NCBI GenBank assembly: GCA_905331295.1
Contig: CAJNYD010000403.1
Location: forward strand, 1 to 64,000
Direction: 5' to 3'
Origin: Rotaria socialis
Lineage: Eukaryota
DNA length: 64,000 bases
Position 1 is the stretch's first letter, and every line of letters begins with the position of its first letter. Positions 1 through 12,878 of the stretch are shown here, piece by piece. The position numbers were made by a program, and so were the translations under genes. The notes under the pieces are model-generated. The model had not been told where the DNA came from. It saw only the letters and a list, made by a program, of their open reading frames with translations, and did no database searches.

Positions 1-2251
1 GTTTTCGATGCCTATAAACTGACTCTATCATTAATGTAAAACTGATGAGAGATAATCAAATTCAAATTGGACACGGCCGGGTAACCAGTTCCTTGTTTGT
101 CTCTTTGATCATATTAAATTAAAGTCAGCATGAATTTGTAGAGAAATTAAATCTGAATCTTCTGGTAAAAAGACTAGAATTGTGTATTATTTCGATGACA
201 AAATATTTACAAAAGAAAGAATGTTACAAAACTTTTGCAATACTCAATAATTCATCTTTTGTTGTTCTTTTCGACATTGCATCAATTCAGTATGAATGTC
301 TTTCAATCTTTAGAGAAACTTTTTTCTGTGTTCAGCCTTTACTGTATTGTTTCACAGGAAAATGAAGATGCGTGAAAATATTCTCTGATGAAAAATTCAT
401 TAGAAAGTTACATCTTGAATAACGATTGAAAATTCAACAAGACGTTTATCTTTTCTCGCCTTTCCATAATATATTCATTAGTAAAATATCTTTATAAACA
501 GTTTCTGGTAAAGTCAGGTAGAATATATGATTTTGCTTGTTTTTATTGAATTAGCAAAAGCAGCCTTATTCGTTAAAATATACAAACTCAGATAATCACT
601 TTCCAATAACAATTCTGCTTTTGCAGAAGTTAAAGAAAAATATTAGAATTCTCAGTAATCTATAATTATATCGAAAGAAAGAACAAACGATAAAAAAAAT
701 AATAAAATTCCAAAGAAAAATGCGTATAAAATCGATTTTTGACAAATATCATATTACCTTGACATTTGCTTATTCTTCTATATCTTTTAGCTTAGAAAAG
801 ATTCAATCTAAAAATTTTATTCAAAGAATGTCAATTTACAATACATAATTCATATAATTTTGTTTTGATTATATTTATAGATCAAAACTACATTGTTTTG
901 TAAATGCTTCTTTTAGTTATCAAAAAATTTATCATCTAATCAGTTAAGTAATTCTTTTACGTTTTAACTTGATATTCTTATTTTTCAAATTGCTTATATA
1001 AAACAAAAAAAGTTCATTAGATTATGAGTGGTATTGGAAGATAATAAAAACTACTGAAACTTTTGTTCTTTTACTATTCCTTGGAAGTTGTTTCTGAATT
1101 TCAATGTTAAAGTATAATTAGAAATACCGTAGTCTCAAAGAAAACATGACCATGCTCAATTCACCATGTGTCTCAGATAACTGCACCGGGAATTCATCGA
1201 AAACTTTTTGAAATTTATGTCGATTTCTTTCCTATAGCTATTTGCATAAACACCATTGAATCTCTCCTCATTCATCGAAGTTCAAACAAAATTTCCTATA
1301 ATTTCCCTTTTAAAAAACACTCTCTTAGATGCCACGAGTAACACAGGAAGTATAACAGTGCATTCGATCAATGTAAGAGTATATTGAAATGCTTGGCCCA
1401 TTGATTTTAATGAATTAAACGTGTCTATGATAAATGGCACAGTTTCTAAGTGTGTAAATTGACATACCTGAGACATTAATAAGCTGTGTCAAATAGTAAA
1501 CATAATTAATTAGGCAGACCAACTAGTGTTCCTGTATTTGGATGTAACGTGAAAACTCCAGAAAAGACTTTGGATGCTGCTAAGACGATTCAGTATGCTA
1601 AACGTACTATCAATTAAAATTATTATACTCAGCAATGAATTTGAAACAAATTAATGCCTTTGTTTGTTTGATCAATTTAATGCTAATCCTTCGGTTTTTT
1701 TGACCCAATGAAAAAGTATGAATAATTTACATGAAACTGAATGAATATGAATCCGCTGAACTTTAGAATTTTACTTTGATAAACAAGAATTATGTCTCAA
1801 TAGCAAAATGAAGCGGAAATCAAGGTACATTTCTTTGCATTTAATCAAACAAACATTGAATAGAATAGATTCTGATTGAATGTTAACGGAATTAAAAATG
1901 TGAAGCACAATGGCATCATATGTCTTATAAACCAAAGTTCAAAAAAGCACTTCAGAGCAGGTAATAGATCTAAAAAATCATTTTAGAGTGTTCCTTGTAA
2001 TCCGTTGTGTAGAAAAAAAACGTCACAGCTGCATATCTATTGAGGTATACGAGAAACACAAATCATTTATAGTTCACATTTCTCTCGACATACAGTTCGA
2101 CTTTAGCGGGCAACATTTTGTCACAAAAAACTCTGATTCGAGAATAATTATGGGCAACTAACAATATATATACTCATCAGAGAAAGAATCTGAATAGAAA
2201 GGTTCAAGATAATTGTATCTACAAAGATTGAGCCTCAGCAAGGTTATGACT

Positions 2252-4311
2252 TCAAACAGACTTACCCCGTAGAAAATCTGAATATGTACCATAAATGATA
2301 AAGAGCTTGATATCGTCACACCAATAATTTTCACTATTGCTACGATTTGCAAGGGCACTGAATTCGATGACTACTTCGAATTCTTGCATAATTTCATCCA
2401 AAACCAGGGTAGTATTGCTTCTAGGAAAATCTGCGGGGAAAAGACATAGTGTACTAGGTGTACTTATTCTAAAACTTACTGAAATGTGTGTGGTCAAGAA
2501 TGTTTCCGCTGCTGTTGATCCCCTTGAGTTGGATCGATACACCGATACTCATATTTGCCCTCAATACGGCTTGAGACTTCGGCCAAGACTTTGAATCCCA
2601 TTTCTTTAATAAATCAACGCGTTGAGACATTGTAGCTCCAGTATCATATGATGTCAAAGCAAAGTAGCAGTTCCTTGTAGTCATATTAGATCTTGCTATA
2701 GTGATATTGCCCGTTGTTAGTGTCCAACTTTCATTAAGAGAAACATTACAATCAGCTTGACCATTGTTGATCAAGTTAGGGTCATCAGCAAGCGTTTGAT
2801 TGGGTAGTATAGCATCTTGGATAGAGAGGGCACTTTGCAGCTGGCTCTCTGTAACCTTAGTGCTACGAAAGTCAGACATGTACAAATTAGTACCGAAAAA
2901 ACTAACGCTGGTCAGGTCTGAGCCCTGGAACGAAGCACGCTTAGCATTTGCTCCAGTAAAGTTGGAATTGGACAAAGTAGCAAGAAAGAAATTAGCCTCG
3001 ACACAAGATACTTGCTGGAAATCCGTATCAGATACTTTGGCTTCCGAGAAGCTGGCTGAAACTAAAATTGATTTTGATGGGTAGATTTCATGAAAAATAA
3101 TAAAAACTATTGAATGATTTACCTAAAATAGTGGATGAAAAATTGGTATTATGAAGCGTAGTATTGTCAAATTTTGCATTGAAGAGCCAAGAATAAGAGA
3201 AATTGACATTAGAAAGGGAAGCCGATGAAAACTTAATATCAGTAAACAGATTAGATGAAAAGTTGATATGTTTGAGGCTAGCACCCCAAAACTCAATGTG
3301 ATCGAGCCGCGTAGAAGAAAAGTCAATATTGCCAAGTTCGGTCGAAAAAAATTTCACAGTATCGAGCTTAGCGAACGAAACATTAGTATTTTTCATCTCG
3401 GACGATGATAAACTGGTGTTCAAGAGATCACTAAATGAAAAATTTGCATTTTTCAGCTTCGAGTTTGAGAAATTAATATTGGAAAGATTACTAAATGAAA
3501 AGTTCGCATTGTCGAGTTGTGAAAATGAATAGTCTACATTGTCAGTTCGTGTCCAGAAAAAGTCAGAATCATCAAGCTGGGCCTCAGAGAAGTTAAGGTG
3601 CTCCATCTGAACTCTAACAAATGTTGCATTGGACAGAATGGCGCCAGCTAATGACAGTGTCTCCAGTTTTTTCTTATTGATTGTTGAATAACTAAAATTG
3701 ATATTACGAAGTTCTGCTGATGAAAGATCCAATGAGGAACTATTCGCTAAGTAATTAAGTTGCCCAGCTTCGTGAAGAAATCTGATAATGCGAATATTGC
3801 GTTGCGGATCTAGTTGACGAAAGATATTCAGAGTTTTGACTCTAGCAAGTGTAGCTGTAATCGAGTTAGAAGTAAAGGATCCACTGTTGTTGGCTAGTAA
3901 TTGACCCATCTCTTTGATATAAGTATCGATAAGTTCGTTTTTATATCTTTCTTCATTCAAGTATTTGTCTTGGTCACGTTGTAGTTGTGATGCAGTTCGA
4001 TCTTCCTCACGTTGTAATCGAGATGCATCTCGATCTTCTTCACGTTGTAGTCGGGATGAATTTCGATCTTCCTCGCGTTGCAGTTGAAATGCCAACCGAT
4101 CTTCGTCGCGTTGATGTCTAGTTGTTTTCTGTTGTTCAAATGTAATAACAACAGTAAAAACACCTAAAGCTAGTGGCAATAACAAAGAGGATATAAATTT
4201 GAGGCCATCGCTGAGATTCAAGCCAGACACTTGACGACGTCGGCGAGATGGATTAATCCGTCTATTTACTTTTTTCTTAAGAGGCCCTTCTCTAGACTTT
4301 GTGGGATACAT
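2252..4311 (-). CDS. Membrane-anchored pentapeptide-repeat protein, 3 exons (4311-3123, 3061-2480, 2430-2252; ~649 aa), bacterial-type
   Basis: ORFs 3088-4311, 2469-2975 and 2252-2542 join in frame through GT-AG introns 3062-3122 and 2431-2479. N-terminal TM segment (LLLPLALGVFTVVITF), QREEDR repeats, LARVKTLNIFRQLD..RFLHEA motif, then a long run of xxFS/xxL pentapeptides. A further exon is possible via the GTAAG near 2264. Confidence 0.85.
3960..4115 (-). repeat. 33-bp coding tandem repeat (11-aa LQREEDRxxSx unit, ~4.5 copies)
   Basis: Repeated cgatcttc..cacgttgta on the + strand; peptide RHQRDEDRLAFQLQREEDRNSSRLQREEDRDASRLQREEDRTASQLQRDQDK. Confidence 0.85.
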
Positions 4312-4598
4312 ACAGATAAATAAATGAATGGTTTCAACTAATTATACTTTTTAAAGCTGAACCTTTTTGTTAATATTATTTCAATCAAAGCAGAGATTAT
4401 TTTTTAATATAAAATAGTTCCATGTCAACTGCTTTAGAATCACGTTCCAATGCTATTTGATTTGTCTCCAATATCGAGTCCTTATTTGAATGAGTTAGTG
4501 TACATATGTTTTGCTTAGTTGCGTCACATACAGATACGGTAACTATTACAAGCATTGCTACTTGTGAAAAGCTGTCAAAAAATAGTTTAAATATCCTG

Positions 4599-5285
4599 NN
4601 NNNNNNNNNNNNNNNNNNNNNNNNNNNNNNNNNNNNNNNNNNNNNNNNNNNNNNNNNNNNNNNNNNNNNNNNNNNNNNNNNNNNNNNNNNNNNNNNNNNN
4701 NNNNNNNNNNNNNNNNNNNNNNNNNNNNNNNNNNNNNNNNNNNNNNNNNNNNNNNNNNNNNNNNNNNNNNNNNNNNNNNNNNNNNNNNNNNNNNNNNNNN
4801 NNNNNNNNNNNNNNNNNNNNNNNNNNNNNNNNNNNNNNNNNNNNNNNNNNNNNNNNNNNNNNNNNNNNNNNNNNNNNNNNNNNNNNNNNNNNNNNNNNNN
4901 NNNNNNNNNNNNNNNNNNNNNNNNNNNNNNNNNNNNNNNNNNNNNNNNNNNNNNNNNNNNNNNNNNNNNNNNNNNNNNNNNNNNNNNNNNNNNNNNNNNN
5001 NNNNNNNNNNNNNNNNNNNNNNNNNNNNNNNNNNNNNNNNNNNNNNNNNNNNNNNNNNNNNNNNNNNNNNNNNNNNNNNNNNNNNNNNNNNNNNNNNNNN
5101 NNNNNNNNNNNNNNNNNNNNNNNNNNNNNNNNNNNNNNNNNNNNNNNNNNNNNNNNNNNNNNNNNNNNNNNNNNNNNNNNNNNNNNNNNNNNNNNNNNNN
5201 NNNNNNNNNNNNNNNNNNNNNNNNNNNNNNNNNNNNNNNNNNNNNNNNNNNNNNNNNNNNNNNNNNNNNNNNNNNNNNNNNNNNN
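4599..5285. other. Assembly gap (N run)
   Basis: Run of n bases. The right flank begins with cacaccccacacccacaccc telomere-like repeats. Confidence 0.99.
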
Positions 5286-6599
5286 CACACCCCACACCCA
5301 CACCCAACGAAGTCAGCATGTTCTTTAATAAGTACTTCTTTTAAGATAGTTAACTTTTATTAAAATGAAAAGAAGAACTGTCAAAATTTTTCAATACAAT
5401 CTATTGATAACTACACAATAAATACACAAAACGATGATGAAAAATATCAGTTTTCGTATTTAATATTGTGTATAATCCATTGTTTTCTTAGTTTGATCCA
5501 ACTTAATTTTTTGGAATGAAGGTTCTCAAACTGTCATAAACGAATAATATAAATTGATATTCATACTAGAAAATAATATGCATGAAAATTCAATAGAAAA
5601 AAAACTGATGATGATTATGAACAAAATATTTCTAAACAACAGAAATCAGTAAAAAGAGAGAGAACACGATTGTAAAACTCAATGAATCACATAGAAGAAT
5701 AACTTCAATTTAATATCAAAACAGAGAATATTCTTGACATAAAACAATGTTTTCATCTATTTGATAATTATTTCTACTACTTCGGACAAGAATAAATTTG
5801 AAACACTTTAAAATATTCTTAGAGAAAATTATATTCTGAATGTGATTTGTTTTATTGCTACCAATCTCTGACCTTTTTCCATTGATGAACTATTTTTATC
5901 ATCACTGTGGACAAAATATTGAGCGTAATATTTAAAATTGTGTTATACTACGAAACGATAAATGAATCACGAGGTACTCAGATTAAATTAATTTTTTTAT
6001 TCACTTCTGATGCATATGTACAATGCGTAACCAAGTTGCAACATAAGATTATTTATGATAAAATAAATATCACCTCGCTACTTCTTTTTCGAGCTAATAA
6101 ATGTGAGCAAACTGTGTTTCATGAAATTTCATATCTAATTTTTGTTTAGAATCAATTGAAAGTTTAACTAATTTAATTGAATCTTGTTGAACAGCAATAT
6201 AATAAAATATTCTCATATATTGTGCAACATGTGAATCCATTTCAGGCATTTTTGTTTTATGTTCATGTTTATGACAAGTCATTTAATATTTACTCGAAAA
6301 GATTTGCAAAACATTAAAAAATTCAATTTTAATCACAAGTTTTATGAAATTATTTTTCTAAAAGAATATTTTGATCTTTTAGACTTATAGTCGATAATTA
6401 ATCAGATCATTTCTAATTCAAGTTACCATATAGTTTTTTATCGAACAGAAAAACTCGTGTACTTTATATATATTTATCTTTTTCAGTATGTATATTCTGG
6501 GTGTCTGACTTCTTTCGCACCTACACCCACACCTGTAATTCGAATGTTTTCATCAATATTTTAAGAATTAAAATGCCTAAGTAGATATATTATTAAGCA

Positions 6600-6645
6600 T
6601 ACCACCCGATGAAGTCCCGCCAGAACAGAAACAACCGTTGTGGTA
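6600..6645 (+). ncRNA. Degenerate type I minimal hammerhead-ribozyme-like motif
   Basis: TACCAC-CcGATGA-A-GTCC-cgcca-GaAC-a-GAAAC-aacc-GTT-GTGGTA. Perfect 6-bp stem I; the core has three deviations (U4>C, a stem II mismatch, an extra A). Confidence 0.45.
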
Positions 6646-6678
6646 GTACGGCATATAATTCTATTCGTACCCCCCCCN

Positions 6679-6927
6679 TTGTTGTTGTTGATGCTACAAT
6701 TGTTTAAATATCTATCATTCTTTCACCACGATCTGATTTCTATTAGCCAATACTATTTTCACCACCCGCTGCTTTTTGCCATATTAAATTATATGTGTAT
6801 TACATGATGATTAAATTGTTTAAACTAAATAAAGCATCGGGTGGTGAAAATAGTATTGGCTAATAGAAATCAGATCGTGGTGAAAGAATGATAGATATTT
6901 AAACAATTGTAGCATCAACAACAACAA
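6679..6927. repeat. Inverted repeat, 97-bp arms (1 mismatch), 55-bp spacer
   Basis: 6679-6775 is the reverse complement of 6831-6927 apart from ccgctg/ccgatg. It starts directly after the ambiguous n at 6678. Confidence 0.9.
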
Positions 6928-7326
6928 TAATACCATTAACTATAGAAGTTAAATCTTTGAAAATCTCCATGTAAACAGGACGAAATATTAGATGAAAAAG
7001 AGAAACAAAGAACACATTGACAAAATGGAATAAATTTCTATTTATTTTATTTTATTTTCAATAAAAATTTTGCTGCATCATTTGTGAATTCAATACCGTG
7101 ATGAGATTTGTTAGTTTAGTCTGTTTTAGTGACAATGAAAAATTATTTTTATATTTTTATCTGCCTCTATCAACGTCTCATCATAGTGACTGCAGAACAA
7201 TTTAATGAATGAGTCATTTTCAACAAAAAGATAAGAATATGTTCTGCCTTGTAGTTTCTTAAGGCATGAAAGTAATTATTTGCTTGTATTCTCCAAGTTT
7301 AATTGTTTTAAAAAACTATTTACAAA

Positions 7327-9377
7327 ATGATGAGATTAAAATTGATTTTGTTTATTATTCAATTAATACCAATTATAGATTTAATCAAATCAGAAAATGT
7401 TTGCCTAGACAATTCGGTATTAACATGTTATTGTAAAGATGAAATGGAAAGTATATCCTGCATTGGAAAAAGTGGCACAGGGGACAGTTTTTTCGATTGA
7501 TCACCATTGGCTTCTGTAAATCAGCGTCGGTATTTATTCACATTTGAAAATTTGACACGGTTAACATCTTTAACACTTACTAATTTTACATCAGCATTTC
7601 CATTACGTGATATGAAGATTGGCTTCACATTTGTAAATGGTTTGGATGAAATTGGAGAAAATACATTTAAAGCGTTGGAGTACTATTCACACGAATCAGT
7701 CGATTTGACATTTACTTCACCGTGAAATTTTAAACTTGCTGATTATGCTTTTGGTCAAGATAAATATTTTGAAATAATTCAATATAGTACTATCCATAAT
7801 ATTCCATATGAATTTAATTTGAAATCGATGGATGGTTCGAAATTCTATCTAATGAATATTATGAATTCTGATCAAGTGGAGTTTATTTCAAATGGATCTT
7901 CTAGTATCGAATTTTCTGCTTCACTATCTATGGTTAATTGTTCATTGAAAAATGTTAGTCTTCTTATCGAAAGTCTTACTGAAAAAATCGCTGCTTTAGA
8001 TTTCTCGTCGAATAATTTGATTTCAATACCTTCATTAAGCAATTTACAAGAGATAAGATAAATTAATTTAAAGAATAATTAATTTGAAGAAATAACAAAA
8101 AAAGATGTTCAATAATATGAATAATTTATGGCGAATAGATTTGTCTAATAATCGAATAAGAAATATCGAAGCAGATGCATTTGTTAGAGTGACTTTGATT
8201 GAATTAGATTTAAATAATAATTTTATAACATCACTAGAAACATTAACAACTGATAACAAAACAATATCGTTTTTAAATCCATTGAATGAATCTCTCTCTC
8301 TCTCTCTTAGGAATATCAAATAATTTAATAAATGATCTAAGTTCATCGAAATACATGACTAATTTGGATAATCTTACATCATGCTGTAATCAAATAAAAA
8401 AATTAGATTCGAATATGTTTAGTCAAGCAAATCGACTTGAATGGATTGATTTAAGTTATAATCAAATTCAAATTATTGATTCTATGGCTTTTAATGGAAC
8501 AATGGTTCTACATTTAGATTTGGCTGGAAATCCAATTTCATCGATTGAAACTAATTTTCAGGAAGTTAAAATGAAGCAAATTCATTTCTCTATAAAATGT
8601 CATCAACAATTTTTAAGTTTATCATTATCTAATTGTACAAATTTAATGGAAATAAATTGGTTTGTCATAGCAAAACTTGAAATATTATCTGATTCGAATC
8701 TTTCTCAATTGAATAAATCGGAAAACTTTTGGCTTTATCGAAAAAAGATATCAATTACCAAGATCCAACCGTCAATTGGGATTATCCACCAGGACCACAT
8801 CTAATTCTTAACGGAATCCAATTCGTTGGCAACGATTATTGCTTAACTAAATCAATTGATCATATATTGAATAAAGCAACTTTAACTATTGATATTGATC
8901 ATCCATGTAATTGCTTCATTTGGAAGTTTAAAGATTTGTTTGATTTAGAAAAAAGTCCCAGTTGTATACTTAATGATTCAGTTGTCAACGAATCGATGTG
9001 CAGATATTGATTCATTTTGCCAATTATTGACAAATGTAACAACAAGTTCGTCTTCTGTCGAATTCTCTTCAGCATTGTCTCTTTATTCGAGCACACCATC
9101 AAGTTTTCCTGCAACGACAACAGTTTCAATGATGTTGACCTATGAATCGAGTATCATCAGAATAGAGGAGACGTCAGTATCACCTTATGTGATCAGTACT
9201 TCACTTTCATTCAAATCATCGGATAAAAATCAACGATGGAAAGCTATTGTGGCTATTATAATTCCATCCATATGCATTTTAATTTTCAGTTTAACTATTG
9301 TTTATATTTTAAAAAGAAAAAAACGAAATCAATGCGATGAACATTTGGAAATGAAACAACATTTTGCACGACATTGA
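7327..9377 (+). pseudogene. LRR single-pass transmembrane receptor pseudogene
   Basis: Signal peptide MMRLKLILFIIQL, Cys cap, LRRs (IDLSNNRI, IDLSYNQI, LDLAGNPI), PCNC cap, Ser/Thr stalk, TM AIVAIIIPSICILIFSLTIVYIL-KRKK. In-frame stops at 7498, 7723 and 8059, and frameshifts (e.g. at the (tc)n tract ~8291-8307). Confidence 0.8.
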
Positions 9378-9449
9378 TCAGTAATAAAATAAAACAATAA
9401 CTACAATTTGACATAGATGAATAAAAGAGACAAGCTTTATTTTTTTTTA

Positions 9450-9523
9450 TCTTGAGGGTGTGCGTGCGGGTGTGCATTTGGATATGGGTGTATATATCTT
9501 TAAACCCACATCCACACCCTCAA
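9450..9523. mobile_element. Mini inverted-repeat element with telomere-like ends (TCTTGAGGGTGTG...CACACCCTCAA)
   Basis: Terminal inverted repeat ttgagggtgtg/cacaccctcaa. The core is homologous, in reverse orientation, to 10826-10902. Confidence 0.7.
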
Positions 9524-9885
9524 TCATACTTTTGGGATCTATGATAGAGACGTAACCGAGTTTAGTTGCCTTTAAACGTTTTCAAAATCAAATTTAATTA
9601 TAAAAAGGACGAGCTTAGCTTATATTATGCATGAATTTATGGTAATCTTAAGTTGACAATGTAAATGCCTTCTTCAGAAAGATTTAAACCCACTATCACG
9701 CCTTTTCAACTCTAATTCAAGACACTCTATTTGTTGAACGGTTTCACTCAAATACACAATGATGTGTGTGACGATAAAAATTCACTTGGATACGTACCAA
9801 GATTCAACGAATTTTTTCGAGAATGCTAATGATGCATATATATTTTTAGAAAAACATGACGTTCATTTAAGCAGTAAGAAGCTTT

Positions 9886-10497
9886 TCATTGCGGAACACG
9901 AAGCATCGGTAAATTGCCCAAAGTTGTTTGACTTAAATCATATTGAGTCAATTTAACTGTCAATTGTCCATTGAAAACTTCGATTTGGCTATAGTAGTTG
10001 AGCCGAGCGCCAACATCAAGTACATAAGTGCCTGCAGCTAAGTATACTGTTTCTGATCGCGAGCATACAAAACGATGACTGCTTGGCAATGGATTAAGCC
10101 ACCAATTTCGTTCTGAGCCGACTGCTGAACCATCATTCCTGTAAAATGTGTTGTCTCTGAGTGTATGATCATTATAGAGAAACTCTAGCTCGAAAGCACT
10201 GCCACTCGCATGAAACCGACAGATGGCTTCGAAATTGAGTTCATATAACATAGGATAAGCATGGTGTAATACTAGAGTGAGACCAGGTATTTTTGCAAAC
10301 ACGCGAGACTGCGAAGTAATCTTGAAGAAGTTCTCCTGCGATACACGTGGCTGAAACTTTTTGTAAACAGTTGATGGTGCAAGGCTTTGCCCTTGTGAAT
10401 CTGCTACTTTTATCAATGTTGTATCACCGCCAGTACTTATTATCAACACGAGTGTTGATATAATAACCAAAGCATTTATCTTCATAGTCATTATCAT
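9886..10497 (-). CDS. Intronless secreted protein (~200 aa), unknown beta-rich domain
   Basis: Open frame from ATG 10497 or 10485 with signal peptide MKINALVIISTLVLIISTGG; alternating beta-strand pattern (IPGLTL, VYLAAGTYVLDVGAR). Confidence 0.7.
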   Translation of the reverse strand: MIMTMKINALVIISTLVLIISTGGDTTLIKVADSQGQSLAPSTVYKKFQPRVSQENFFKITSQSRVFAKIPGLTLVLHHAYPMLYELNFEAICRFHASGSAFELEFLYNDHTLRDNTFYRNDGSAVGSERNWWLNPLPSSHRFVCSRSETVYLAAGTYVLDVGARLNYYSQIEVFNGQLTVKLTQYDLSQTTLGNLPMLRVPQ

Positions 10498-10825
10498 ATA
10501 TCTAACATAAAAAGAATGGATATTTTCAGAAAAAAACAAAACTGAATAGATTCGATACTATTTCTTTCGATGTATGGAATACGAATGAGTACTTGAATGA
10601 AAAACTGATATTATTGTATGTTTCTACGACAGTAAAATAAATCCTACGATACACAATCCGTCATAATGTTTATTATTACCAGAAGCACTTCAGGAGGAAA
10701 ATGGTAAAACCAGTTAATATGCATAAGTAACGAAAAATATTTATGTATCGAATAAAATAGAAGCAAACTAGTGATTTATTATTTAGAGGTTACTCATGGT
10801 GCTGTAATTATCACCAAATCTTACA

Positions 10826-10902
10826 TCTTGAGGGTGTGGGTCTGAGTGTGGGTTTAAATACATATGTCCCCATATCCAAATTCACATCCACACCCATCCT
10901 CA
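10826..10902. mobile_element. Second copy (inverted) of the telomere-like mini element
   Basis: tcttgagggtgtggg...gtgggtttaaa..ccatatccaaat.caca.cc matches the reverse complement of 9450-9523. Confidence 0.7.
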
Positions 10903-11969
10903 GTCACCAATGGGTGTAACAGTATCTATCCTCCCAAGTAGACAATGGAAAGAGTACGATCGGTGCGATGAGTGTGCAAACATACCAAATATAATTCTTT
11001 TTAATACGTTGTGTTGCAATTCAACCATCCTCGAGAAGCATCAAACTATGAGCGCTAGGAAATTGTTATACTCCACATCCGTTTTGATTGCTCGCCATTC
11101 ATCGAAGTTTCCAGTAATAAAGGAAAAAAAGTATATCGGTAAAACAGTACACATTACTAAGCCTAGAAAAATTATAGTTTGATGAGCTGAAGTTAATTTT
11201 TGTTTCTTAAGCTTTATAGAAAAACGAATTCATGAATATCTTCATTTAGTGTTCTTACAAGTCTAGCGCATATTTGATATATATTTACCTTAATTTTATA
11301 ATTTTCTGAATATTTTTGTGATAGTAGTGGAAAAATCATAAATAGGAAAGTATTGGATAGAACGTCTTGAATATCTGTTTCTCAGACCTTATAAATCTGT
11401 ACCAAAGATATAATTATATATCTTTTAAAAGATCATCATATTATGTTGTAACTTAATTTCCACGATTTTTTAACATTTGTCTCTAATCTATGCTGGGTAA
11501 TTTGTTACTTACAATATGTTATGCTAGTGAATTGATAAAAAACAAAAATACCATTATTTGAAACGATATCGACGAAAAAACAATCGGAATAAATACTTTG
11601 CCACTTGTCTTTTATAATATTTATCAATATTGACTTTATACGACGGATCGCATCTCAAAAATCAACTATTTATTAAACTTGAGACTTATCAGTAAGCTTC
11701 GGATTTGATAAATAAGAGATTTGTGAGATAAGGTATTAAGTCAATTTTTATTAAACATATACAAGATTCATGACACAGTATGTACTGCGATTGTATTTTC
11801 CTCGAAATCTTGAGGGTATGGGTGAGGGTGCCAAGATCGATCAAAACGGAACTCCGTTACGGTCCGTTTACTGGAATCAGTTTTACGGACCGTATCTCTA
11901 TTGTAAAATAGCCGTAAGTAGTCGTATTTTCATCGTAAACGATTCAGTATTACTGTGTTCAGTAAAGAC

Positions 11970-12878
11970 TAGACCTACGACAGCTCTCGGTTCTTTTAAC
12001 CGAATCTTTTCGAAGAACTGTACCCAACACACAGTTCCTATACATGAACTGTAGTCAATACACAGTTCTCTATCGGGAACCAGATCCTCAGAACAGTTCC
12101 TGCCCGGGAACTGTGTCCACTCGAACAGTTCTTGGCCCGGAACTGTGTCAACCCGAACAGTTCTTGGTCCGGAACTGTGTCCACCCGAAGGTTGTGGATG
12201 TTCACTTCTCTACATCTAGACAGCGATAGCCAGAGCCACACTCACACCCACTCTGAAAAAAATAAAAGAGGTTTGCAGAACCCTCCGAAAAGGTTCTGTA
12301 GATTTCCAAAATGCTTCAAATGTGTTCAAAGTCTCAAAAAAAGGATAAAAATTTGTAGAAAACCTTTTGGAGGTTCTGCGTTTTACCCAATCACAGAACC
12401 ATCTCTTACCGAACCTTTTTTAGGTTCTGTACAACAAAAAAAGGTTCCGTGAAAAAATATGAAACCTTGAAGGTTCTGTACAAAATGAGCAGGGTTCAGT
12501 ATGGAACAATTAGGGTTACGTAAAAACGGTTGATGGATTTGTACAGAACCTTCAAGGTTTCGTATTTTCTCACGGAACCTTTTTTGCTGTACAGAATCTA
12601 AAAAAACGGTTCAGTAAGAGATGGTTCTGCGATTGGGTAAAACGCAGAACCTCCAAAAGGTCCTGTACAAATTTTTATCCTTTTTTTTAGGCTTTGGGCG
12701 CATTCGGAGCATTTTGGAAATATACCGAACCTTTTCAGAGGGTTCTGCAAACCTCCTTCATTTTTTTCAGAGCACACCCACAGCCACAGCCACAATCTCA
12801 AGAGCAGATCAGTTCCGATCAAAGAACTTGTGGGACAGTTCCAAAGATCGGAACTAATATGGAACTGTCGTAGGTCTA
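11970..12878. mobile_element. hAT-type MITE (TIR TAGACCTACGACAG) with 8-bp TSD
   Basis: Perfect 14-bp TIR; flanks gtaaagac (11962-11969) and gtgaagac (12879-12886); internal gaactgt/acagttc repeats. Confidence 0.85.
12249..12774. mobile_element. Foldback MITE with ~235-bp arms (CACTCTGAAAAAA end, GAACC/GGTTC repeats; CMC/EnSpm-like)
   Basis: 12249-12486 is inverted at 12537-12774. This produces the mirrored ORFs 12132-12452 and 12598-12888. Confidence 0.85.

Noticed and set aside
41..420. Other CTGATGA occurrences (e.g. near 42 and 387)
   Set aside because: No stem II plus GAAA and stem I arrangement; consistent with chance matches.
4397..5363. Long poly-X ORFs
   Set aside because: Artefacts of the N gap.
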